NCBI GenBank assembly: GCA_965140445.1
Contig: OZ223236.1
Coordinates: forward strand, 1,088,001-1,152,000
Source of the DNA: Candidatus Ozemobacteraceae bacterium
Lineage (GTDB): Bacteria; Muiribacteriota; Ozemobacteria; Ozemobacterales; Ozemobacteraceae
DNA length: 64,000 bases
Direction: 5' to 3'
Shown here: in pieces, positions 1 through 8,131 of the stretch
How the letters are laid out: each line of letters opens with the position of its first letter
Numbering within the stretch: the stretch's first letter is position 1
Program-made: the position numbers and the translations under genes
The notes under the pieces: generated by a model
Databases searched by the model: none
What the model was told of the DNA's origin: nothing
Seen by the model: only the letters and a program-made list of their open reading frames with translations

Positions 1-2
1 AC

Positions 3-161
3 AGCAACCTCATGTCAGCCGAATCAAGAATCAGAGATACAGATATAGCACTTGAAATGATCGAATTCACTAAATTGCAAATTGGTTCGCAAGCGGGAAC
101 AGCGATGCTGGCTCAGGCCAACATGATTCCTCAGGGAGTCCTGGAGTTACTGGGAAGCTAG
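3..161 (+). CDS. fliC: flagellin, C-terminal fragment (5' end outside window)
   Basis: Manual translation [52 protein letters not shown] is the conserved flagellin C-terminal D0 helix. Not in the ORF track. Confidence 0.95.
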   Translation, partial: SNLMSAESRIRDTDIALEMIEFTKLQIGSQAGTAMLAQANMIPQGVLELLGS

Positions 162-174
162 TTTTTTCTGCTGA

Positions 175-218
175 AAAAATTTGGGCCGCCTCTTTTTGAG
201 GCGGCCCTTTTTCATTTT
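175..218. terminator. bidirectional intrinsic terminator
   Basis: GGGCCGCCTC-ttttt-GAGGCGGCCC stem (183-207) with A-tract before and T-tract after, between convergent genes. Confidence 0.9.
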
Positions 219-234
219 CAGAAACAGATAGAAT

Positions 235-1005
235 TCAAACTTTAAAAATGTAGTTTTGACGACTTGGACAATTCATGATTTCACCAGATAGAGAGAGTGT
301 TTTGTGTTTAAAGGTTTTTATCAATTTTAATCCGCTGGATTCAGCCAGCTTTATAAAGTTGGCTGGAGATGAGAAATAGTGCTTCTTGGGGAAAACAATA
401 AGTGGTTCGTCGCTGAAAAATGCTCGCATCACCTGTTTTGTCCTTTTCACAAATTCTTCAGATCCCTGATTTTTCAATACCCATAACAGCCAACGGATAA
501 TGGAATTTCCATAGTTGCGGCTTTTAAATTCATTTTTTCGTGGAATCTCCCCAATAAAAATTATGGAATTTTTTCGGGATACTCTATTTATTTCAGCCAG
601 AGCATGAAGGATTTCATTTTCGTTAAAAAAAAGCATAACTCCATTGCAAACTATTTTATTAAAAGACTGGGTGGGAAAATCCAATTTTTGAGCGATTCCC
701 GATTGAATTTGAATATTTTGTACATCTGCAAATACATTTCTAACTCTTTTTACCTCTTCAATGGTAGGTAAGATTCCTATTCCAGATTGAATTACAGAGG
801 CCGCCTGCAATAATAAAGTTCCGTCACCGCAGCCAATATCAAGTAATGCGTCAGAACAATTTAAATCAATTTCATTGAGTATGTTTTTGCTTATAAAGCT
901 GGTTAAATCTTTTCGATTTGTTCTGCCAGAAAGTTCATTTAAATCTTTTGATTTGGCTCTAAGTCTATATTCTTCAATTCTTGAGTCTATTTTTATAATG
1001 GGCAT
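235..1005 (-). CDS. class I SAM-dependent methyltransferase
   Basis: LLDIGCGDG motif I; FNKIVCNGV motif; ALAEINRV post-II helix. Confidence 0.88.
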   Translation of the reverse strand: MPIIKIDSRIEEYRLRAKSKDLNELSGRTNRKDLTSFISKNILNEIDLNCSDALLDIGCGDGTLLLQAASVIQSGIGILPTIEEVKRVRNVFADVQNIQIQSGIAQKLDFPTQSFNKIVCNGVMLFFNENEILHALAEINRVSRKNSIIFIGEIPRKNEFKSRNYGNSIIRWLLWVLKNQGSEEFVKRTKQVMRAFFSDEPLIVFPKKHYFSSPANFIKLAESSGLKLIKTFKHKTLSLSGEIMNCPSRQNYIFKV

Positions 1006-1181
1006 TTGTATTGACTTTATTTTAGTTAATAATTTGAAACCATACTATGTTTTGGCAATCAGAGAAGCAAGAGAAATGGTAAATTTCCACCAATTTTCCT
1101 GTTGGTTAATATTGTGAAAGACGTCACAACGATAAAAAAAAGAAAAAAATGAAAATAAAGCGAATAAAAATTCAACAATGT

Positions 1182-1189
1182 GCCGTTAA
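1182..1189 (+). promoter_or_regulatory. candidate sigma28 (FliA/SigD) -10 element for flagellin
   Basis: GCCGTTAA versus consensus GCCGATAA, ~150 nt upstream of the flagellin ATG. TAAA lies 13 nt upstream (non-ideal spacing). Confidence 0.5.
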
Positions 1190-1294
1190 TAGATGGTGCA
1201 GAATACTTTCGTTATTTTGCTTATTAATCTGGGGGTGAAGTGCCGAGCAGATTTAACCTACAACTAAATCGTTGAAGGATGCTTGTCAGCAATT

Positions 1295-1335
1295 TTGCGC
1301 AAGGAAGCGCAATAACACAGATTCATGGAGGAATC
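1295..1335 (+). promoter_or_regulatory. CsrA-type twin GGA hairpins in flagellin 5' leader
   Basis: TTGCGC-aaggaa-GCGCAA and GATTC-atggag-GAATC (the second overlaps the SD). Same layout as the CsrA sites of the B. subtilis hag leader. Confidence 0.8.
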
Positions 1336-1338
1336 ATT

Positions 1339-3606
1339 ATGTCGCTACGTATCAATCATAATGTTCCGGCACTTCGCGCCCATAGCGATTTAGTCGGAGT
1401 ATCAGGAAAAGTTGAAAAGTCAGTAGAACGCATCAGTTCTGGCTTAAGAATTAACAGAGCTGCGGATGACGCAGCTGGTCTCACAATAAGCGAAAAGCTT
1501 AGACGGCAGGTTCGTGGTCTGGGAAGGGCTACGATGAACGCGCAGGACGGGGTTTCAATGATCCAGTCTGCAGAGGGTTCACTTAACGAGACACACAGTA
1601 TCCTTCATCGAATGCGAGAACTCGCTATTCAGTCTTCTAACGACACTTTTACGAGCATGGATCGGTTAGAGATTCAAAAAGAAGTCAACCAACTCAGGGA
1701 TGACCTCAATCGAATCGCTTTTAATACCGAATTCAACACGAAAAAGCTGCTTGATGGAAGTCAGTCTGCGGTTATTAGCACAAGTTCCCATGCAGCACGC
1801 GGTTTGGTGACTGGTAATTCGTCTACCGGTGGAGACTATTCCGTAAGTATTGGCCTGCTCAGGGGAGGAGTTTCACAACTTCAAAGAAGTCAGATTTACA
1901 CTTTGAAGGATGCGACATCAACTCTTGCAACTGGCAGCACTTTGCTGGTTAGTATCGCTCAGTTCTATGATGCTAATGGGGTGTTTGTTCTTGATGAACC
2001 ACAGGTCCTGACAATAAATGGAAACACTAAAACCACTGAAACGGTTTTGGATGCTCAAATGACGCTTGATAATCTGGCGTCTACCATTCAAGCAGCGGTT
2101 CTAGGCTCAGAAGAAGGGCTCGAAATGAATAATTCTTTCGCAAGAGTTATTCAAACTTCGCAGACCATGACTTCTGGGTTGGGTGGATATGTTGAAATCG
2201 TATCAGGTATCGTTGGTGAGGAAGGCCGCATTAACTTTGCGGGCGACCAATCCCTGATTGATAGTCTTGGTTTCGCAACCACTCGGGCTGCCAAAAATAA
2301 CTTTGTCGAAGTTAATTTGACTACCGAGGATGGCACTGTCCGTACAATTCAAACTGAAACAGACAGGGCTGTGGGACTATTGCATGGAATTGATATTCAG
2401 TTTGACTCTCAAACAGCTCAAATTGCAGGAACGCAAGGACTTGAGCAGGGGTTGTATTTCTCCGGCAGCGACAGTTTTACTGTTAGTGCCGGTGGGGAGA
2501 GTATGACAATTGTGATTGGCTCAGGGTACAGAACCATGGAAGGTATAGCCAGGAGCATTAACGCTCAGGCAGCATTACCAACCGTAAATCCTGGCACTTT
2601 AACAGGTTTGACCGCAGCTGTAGTCGATGGAGAAATTAGACTCGAATATAGTAGACCTGCAAGTGTGGCAGCATCTTTGTCAGCAGGGATAAATATATAT
2701 AATGCCTCAAATTGTACAACGCTGGGATTTAATAACGGAAACTATAGTGGTTTCGTAGACGGCAGAAAGAACGAAAGTGCAATGGTTTGGGGATTTACTA
2801 AATACAGACCAGATGTGGCTTCAGGAGAAATTACTGCTATAGAAATCGGTGATGGAGTGGCAACTATGGTTCTGAATATCTGCACTGCAATTGGAACAGC
2901 TCCAGGATCAGTTTCATTGGCTGATATGGTTAATTTTGAGAAGTTTCAGGCTACTGTAAACGATAGACTTATGCAGGCTACTGTTGCTGTGCGATTGGAT
3001 CAAATTGATGGCGCTTTTGCTTTCACTTCTACGAGAGTCGGCGGAGAGCACGTTAGCGATACTGTTGTTCACTCGAGTATTGTTTCAATTAGACCAATAA
3101 CTGTTACTGGAGCACTGGTTTCAGCGACTGAAAGTTTGTTGAGATATTTTGGAATGGACTCTGGAACAAGGGCCGGATTCGGGGATACAAACTTCAGGAT
3201 CCATGTTAAAGGAAACGAAACTCAGTATCACATTGGCGCAAACCAGGCAGAAGTTATGAAAGTATCTATGTCAGATATGTCAGCACGGGCACTGGGAGTT
3301 GATAACCTTGATATGACAAGCTTTGAAGGAGCTCAAACTGCAATTGGCAAGCTCAATAAAGCTATAGATAAAGTTTCCGCAGAAAGGTCTAAGTTAGGCG
3401 CTTATCAAAATAGACTTGAACACGCAATAAACAATCTTCGCCAGATGAGATTTAACGCTATGGCTTCAGAATCACGCATTCGGGATACAGACATTGCTCA
3501 GGAAATGATTGAATTCACCAGTAAGCAGGTAATGCAACAGTCAGCCAACGCAATGGTTGCTCAAGCCAACACTCAATCACAAGGAATTCTTCAATTATTG
3601 CAATAA
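1339..3606 (+). CDS. fliC: flagellin with large central domain (~755 aa)
   Basis: MSLRINHN...ISSGLRINRAADDAAGL N-terminus and [14 protein letters not shown]...AQAN C-terminus. Start moved to ATG 1339 behind a GGAGG SD. Confidence 0.97.
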   Translation: MSLRINHNVPALRAHSDLVGVSGKVEKSVERISSGLRINRAADDAAGLTISEKLRRQVRGLGRATMNAQDGVSMIQSAEGSLNETHSILHRMRELAIQSSNDTFTSMDRLEIQKEVNQLRDDLNRIAFNTEFNTKKLLDGSQSAVISTSSHAARGLVTGNSSTGGDYSVSIGLLRGGVSQLQRSQIYTLKDATSTLATGSTLLVSIAQFYDANGVFVLDEPQVLTINGNTKTTETVLDAQMTLDNLASTIQAAVLGSEEGLEMNNSFARVIQTSQTMTSGLGGYVEIVSGIVGEEGRINFAGDQSLIDSLGFATTRAAKNNFVEVNLTTEDGTVRTIQTETDRAVGLLHGIDIQFDSQTAQIAGTQGLEQGLYFSGSDSFTVSAGGESMTIVIGSGYRTMEGIARSINAQAALPTVNPGTLTGLTAAVVDGEIRLEYSRPASVAASLSAGINIYNASNCTTLGFNNGNYSGFVDGRKNESAMVWGFTKYRPDVASGEITAIEIGDGVATMVLNICTAIGTAPGSVSLADMVNFEKFQATVNDRLMQATVAVRLDQIDGAFAFTSTRVGGEHVSDTVVHSSIVSIRPITVTGALVSATESLLRYFGMDSGTRAGFGDTNFRIHVKGNETQYHIGANQAEVMKVSMSDMSARALGVDNLDMTSFEGAQTAIGKLNKAIDKVSAERSKLGAYQNRLEHAINNLRQMRFNAMASESRIRDTDIAQEMIEFTSKQVMQQSANAMVAQANTQSQGILQLLQ

Positions 3607-3778
3607 TGAAAGGAAAAAAGAGATATTGAGTCTATTTATTTAAAAAATTAGATTTAAATCAAAAATATGGCAGGAAAATCGGCAAATTAGTTTTGAAATC
3701 GCGCAAACATAAACAGCCAATTATGACGATAGTTATAATAAGGATAGGGAAAACTGTATTTAAATGGAAAATTCCCTG

Positions 3779-3820
3779 CTCTGCAAGGACGCGGAGTTAC
3801 CTTTGATTCAAGGAGGAATC
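3779..3820 (+). promoter_or_regulatory. second CsrA-type twin GGA hairpin leader
   Basis: CTCTGC-aaggac-GCGGAG and GATTC-aaggag-GAATC. Same architecture as 1295-1335. Confidence 0.75.
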
Positions 3821-3822
3821 AT

Positions 3823-4059
3823 ATGATTAGTTTATTTGGACGGTTTCAATATCCCGCTCAGGGAAGTGGAAAGAGTGAATTGCGCAGAAATGGTAATTCC
3901 TCTGTTTCTGGTGCCGACTTTTTTCAAACCCGGGACCAACAGGAAGCCGAATTAATACCTGTTTTGATAGAAGATGGGACTGCTTGTCTCTTTTCAGATA
4001 CATTTGGCTCTATGGGTGATGCGTTAAATATTTCGCATCTGTCCATGGCGTCTATATAA
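3823..4059 (+). CDS. small hypothetical protein (78 aa) behind a flagellin-type leader
   Basis: AAGGAGG SD 6 nt before ATG; ends 13 nt before flaG; no recognisable family. Confidence 0.55.
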   Translation: MISLFGRFQYPAQGSGKSELRRNGNSSVSGADFFQTRDQQEAELIPVLIEDGTACLFSDTFGSMGDALNISHLSMASI

Positions 4060-4072
4060 AAGGGGCGTAAAA

Positions 4073-4450
4073 ATGGAAATTAGTAACATTAGACCTGTAA
4101 ATGATGCTAGTAACGTAACTCAGCCTGCTTCTTCTCCTGTAAAGCCTGCGCTTACTGAAGAACAGAAGGCTCAACTTGCGAAAGAAAGTGTTGAGAAAAC
4201 ACCAAAGGAAAAATTCTCTCAGAAAAAAGAGGAGAATGTAGACGAAGCTGTCGATAAATTAAATAAGGCTGCGCAGGTTTTTGACCGTTCTATTCGTTTT
4301 CAGGTTCATAAGAAAACAAATAGAACCATGGTTTCTGTTGTGGATACTACAACTGATAAGGTTATCAGACAGATTCCAAATGAAGAAGTTTTAAACCTTG
4401 TAGCCAAAATGGATGATTACATGGGTTTGATTTTCGATAAAAAAGCATAA
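4073..4450 (+). CDS. flaG: flagellar protein FlaG
   Basis: IRFQVH...VSVVD..TDKVIRQIPNEEVL...GLIFDKKA motif; located between flagellin and fliD. Confidence 0.95.
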   Translation: MEISNIRPVNDASNVTQPASSPVKPALTEEQKAQLAKESVEKTPKEKFSQKKEENVDEAVDKLNKAAQVFDRSIRFQVHKKTNRTMVSVVDTTTDKVIRQIPNEEVLNLVAKMDDYMGLIFDKKA

Positions 4451-4507
4451 AAAAACAAATAAGGTAAAAAGAGCAGTAGTGGTTGTTCTTTTTAAGGAGG
4501 CCTTATC

Positions 4508-7483
4508 ATGACAAGTTCAATTGATAGAAACTGGGTAGGCGGTCTTTCATCGGGCCTGGATACTCAGGGTTTAATTGACAAAATGATTGAAGCTGAAAGC
4601 TTTCAGAAGTATTCTCTGGAAAGAAAGAGAACAACAATTTCTTATCAGAAAGATATGCTTCAGGAAGTGAATCTGAAACTTTTTGAACTTCAGAATAAGG
4701 CTACAGATTTAACATTCAGCAGAACGTTCAATTCAAAAAAGGTTGATGCAAGCAACTCAAGAATTGTAAATGCAACAGCCACAACCGGGGCAGAAATAGG
4801 CAGCTATACCGTTCATGTAAAGCAGCTTGCAACTTCTACAACTGTTTCATCAAAGGGAAAGCTGGCGGCACCTTTGGAGCAGGGTTATAACCTCAAAAGT
4901 ACAGACAAGGTCGGTGGATCTTCCACTACGCTTAATGCATTGGGGATTACAGCCGGTGATTTGGAGATTGCAATCACTTCTGGAGGCTCTGGAACCTATA
5001 ATATTAACACTTCTGCAACTGGTACCACTAAGATTTCTGATTTGATTAGTAACATTAACACCAGTATCAGTGCCAAGCCTGAACTTGCAGGGAAAATTAA
5101 GGCCACTTATGACGAAAAGAACAATCAGATTAAATTCAACCTGATTGATTCAACCATGAAGATGTCTGTTAAGGACGCTGGTGCTTCAACTATAATGAGC
5201 TCAATGTTTGAGGCTGATGGTCAGATTGATCTCACCAAAGATGTTCCTTCAATTGGCTCAGGTCTCAAAACTATAAGAAGCGGCTTAAATACAACTGTTG
5301 CTGATATGGGCTTTACACAGGGATTTTTCACTATAGAGAGAGTTGGAACCGGTGTTCCTCAGATTATTGATACCTCTGGTCTTGCTCCTGCAACAACTCT
5401 TGATGAAGCAATTGATTATTTGAATCATCAGATTGACACTAAAGGCATGCTTGTTAAGGGCGGTGTTCCAACTGGTAATCCAGCTGATAGATTGCTGGAA
5501 TTTCGTTTTGATGAAGCTACCAGCAAGCTTGAACTTATCAATACTAACTCTGGTGATTCTGCAAGTTTCAATATGGCAGACGGCATGGGGAATATGACTT
5601 CTGTTGTATTTGGTGCCGCTTCAAAAACTGGTGTTCTTGATAAAGGTGAAAAGCTTAATCTTGAAACGTTTCCAACTGGCGTAACTGGTGGAACTTTTAC
5701 TGTCGATGGTGTTCAGATTACTTTAAATAACCAGTCTGATGATTTGCAGGGCGTTCTCTCAAGAATAACTTCTATGACAAACATTAACGCCAGCTATGAT
5801 TCTGCAACTGATTTAATAACTTTCACACGAAAAGACGGTTCTTCAACTCCAATCGGTGTTGGATCTTCTACCGATACAAGTAACTTTCTTTCGGTAACTG
5901 GAATGATAGCTGGGAATCAGGCCGCTGCCGCACAAGTAGAGAGCACAGCCAGTATTGGTAAAACCCTGGCTCAAGCAAATTCCAGTGATATGTTTACGGA
6001 ATTTGGCGTTGCTCCTGGATCAATGAGAATTACTGTAAATGGCCAATCTACTGATGTTGCATACGATGGAACTGAAACCTTGAATCAGTTCCTGGATAAA
6101 ATTAGCAAGATTGATGGAATTGACGAAGCTTATTACAATGCGTCTACTGGCAAAGTAAACATTACAACCACAGATAAAGGCCCAGATAAAACTCTCAAAA
6201 TTGAAGATGTTGGTGCAGGAACATTAGCTGCATCGTTAAACATTGACCCGGCAGAACAGAGTGGAGCAAGCAATAGCGCTAATCTGGTAAGTGCAAGACC
6301 TATTTCTGATGTAAAAACAGCTACTCCTCTTGATAAAGCGGGATTTGCAAATCCTGTAACTTCTGGAAACTTTACTATTAACGGAGTTAATTTCCTAATT
6401 AATAGTACAACCTCAATGACGTTAGACTCAGTGATTAATGCTATTAACAGTAACGAAAATGTTGGTGTGAAAGCGCATTATGACCCTACCAATGGTAAGT
6501 TTGTTTTAACCTCAACGCAAACTGGGAATACTGCAATTGCTCTTGGATCTCCAACTGACTCCAGCAACTTTCTTTCAGCTATGGGGCTGGTTGGATCAAC
6601 TCAAAACGTCGGGCAAAATGCAATTTTTAATATAGACGGCATTTATGGTGGAGCTGATCAGATAAGCCAGACAAACACTATTGATAACGTTGTAAATGGA
6701 GTAACGTTTGAAATTTTTAATACTACAGACGCTGCTGGCGAAGTAATCAATATTGAAGCTGATACCGAAGTTGCCAGAACCGCAATTGATGATTTTATTG
6801 AAGCATATAATGAAGTTACTCAGCTAGTTTATGACAAGCTGACTGAAGAACGAAACTGGGAGCTTACAGCTTTAACTGATAAAGAAATGTCTTCTTTGGG
6901 TGATTCAGATCTTCAGGCTTATGAATCTGCATTTAAAACTGGTCTGCTTTCTGGTGACTCGACATTAAGAAGTGTTCGTTCTCAGATGCGTGTGACAATG
7001 GCAGCTATTGTTCCTGGAATTGATTCAATTTTTGACAGTCTCTCTGATATGGGTATTACTACCGGTGTTGTTGGATCAAGCTATCAGGACACTCAGGTTG
7101 GTATATTAAAAATTACTGATGAAGAAAAACTTAACAAAGCTTTGTCAGAAAACCCTCAGCAAGTTTCAGATCTCTTTAACAAAGATGCAACAAGCACAAG
7201 CGGGATGGGTATTGCTAGAAGACTCAAGACTGTGCTAAATGAATTTACAAAATCCAATGGTTTACTTACTGGCAGAGTAGGTAGATCCGGGTCTGAATCT
7301 GGTAACAGTGAGTTTGATAAACAAATTCGTTTGATCAATGAGCAGATTGCTGATCAGAGCGAGAGACTTCAATCTCGTGAAGAAGCTTTGCTAAAGCAAT
7401 TTTCTCAGTTGGAAAAATCAATGTCTGAATATCAAGCACAGTCTCAATCTTTCGCAAGCCAATTGGCCCAGTTGCAAGGCTAA
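4508..7483 (+). CDS. fliD: flagellar filament cap protein FliD (extra-large, 991 aa)
   Basis: GLSSGLDTQGLIDKM N-terminus, VKQLAT, C-terminal LLKQFSQLEKSMS; AAGGAGG SD. Confidence 0.95.
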   Translation: MTSSIDRNWVGGLSSGLDTQGLIDKMIEAESFQKYSLERKRTTISYQKDMLQEVNLKLFELQNKATDLTFSRTFNSKKVDASNSRIVNATATTGAEIGSYTVHVKQLATSTTVSSKGKLAAPLEQGYNLKSTDKVGGSSTTLNALGITAGDLEIAITSGGSGTYNINTSATGTTKISDLISNINTSISAKPELAGKIKATYDEKNNQIKFNLIDSTMKMSVKDAGASTIMSSMFEADGQIDLTKDVPSIGSGLKTIRSGLNTTVADMGFTQGFFTIERVGTGVPQIIDTSGLAPATTLDEAIDYLNHQIDTKGMLVKGGVPTGNPADRLLEFRFDEATSKLELINTNSGDSASFNMADGMGNMTSVVFGAASKTGVLDKGEKLNLETFPTGVTGGTFTVDGVQITLNNQSDDLQGVLSRITSMTNINASYDSATDLITFTRKDGSSTPIGVGSSTDTSNFLSVTGMIAGNQAAAAQVESTASIGKTLAQANSSDMFTEFGVAPGSMRITVNGQSTDVAYDGTETLNQFLDKISKIDGIDEAYYNASTGKVNITTTDKGPDKTLKIEDVGAGTLAASLNIDPAEQSGASNSANLVSARPISDVKTATPLDKAGFANPVTSGNFTINGVNFLINSTTSMTLDSVINAINSNENVGVKAHYDPTNGKFVLTSTQTGNTAIALGSPTDSSNFLSAMGLVGSTQNVGQNAIFNIDGIYGGADQISQTNTIDNVVNGVTFEIFNTTDAAGEVINIEADTEVARTAIDDFIEAYNEVTQLVYDKLTEERNWELTALTDKEMSSLGDSDLQAYESAFKTGLLSGDSTLRSVRSQMRVTMAAIVPGIDSIFDSLSDMGITTGVVGSSYQDTQVGILKITDEEKLNKALSENPQQVSDLFNKDATSTSGMGIARRLKTVLNEFTKSNGLLTGRVGRSGSESGNSEFDKQIRLINEQIADQSERLQSREEALLKQFSQLEKSMSEYQAQSQSFASQLAQLQG

Positions 7484-7507
7484 AATCAAAAATTGAAAGG
7501 TGATACC

Positions 7508-8113
7508 TTGGAAATACTATTGAACAATAGTCCCTTGGAAGTTGAGGGACTTGACGAAGAAAGTCGGCTCTCAGAGTTGCTTTTAACTGTCGAAGAGTCA
7601 TTAAAAGGAAGCGGTCTCACTATTATTGAGATCCAATTAGATGACAAAGTTCTTTCGCCCGATGAAATTCCGGAGCTTGAAGGGGTAAAAATCCTTGAGC
7701 ATAAGAAAATCATGCTCTTTGCGGCGACAGCAAAAGAAATGATCCAGATGGGGGTTGGTGACGGAAACGAAGGCTTGTCCCATCTTGAGGAAATGGCAAA
7801 CGATATTTCTGCTGATTTGCGAATTGGTAAAATCAAAGATGCCATGGATAAGTATATTTCCCTTGTAGACGGCATTGAATGGTTTTCAACCATGTTGAAA
7901 AATATTGAAGTTGCCTATGCAGCTGAGCTTGCCGAATCATCAATTGAACCTGAGCGCCAGGGACTTCTTGCTCGACTTGAAGAGCACATGGGGAGTATCC
8001 ATAAGTCTCAGGAGGGCGAGGATTGGGTAGAAATGGCTGACATACTGGAGTATGAATTCCCTGAATTATTCGAAGACGGCAGAAGGCTTTTTGAAAAACT
8101 TTTAGAAAAATAG
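7508..8113 (+). CDS. acidic hypothetical protein in fliD-maf-fliS operon
   Basis: ORF 7493-8113, probable TTG start at 7508 after AAGGTGA. C-terminal EDWVEMADILEYE resembles proteins found beside maf genes. Confidence 0.75.
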   Translation: MEILLNNSPLEVEGLDEESRLSELLLTVEESLKGSGLTIIEIQLDDKVLSPDEIPELEGVKILEHKKIMLFAATAKEMIQMGVGDGNEGLSHLEEMANDISADLRIGKIKDAMDKYISLVDGIEWFSTMLKNIEVAYAAELAESSIEPERQGLLARLEEHMGSIHKSQEGEDWVEMADILEYEFPELFEDGRRLFEKLLEK

Positions 8114-8131
8114 TAGGAACAGGAACTGGCT

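Noticed and set aside
3681..3724. c-di-GMP-I riboswitch-like words (GGCAAA...GAAA...CGCAAA...CAGCCA)
   Set aside because: No paired P2 or P3 stems around the GAAA, and the spacing is too short. An Infernal search could confirm.
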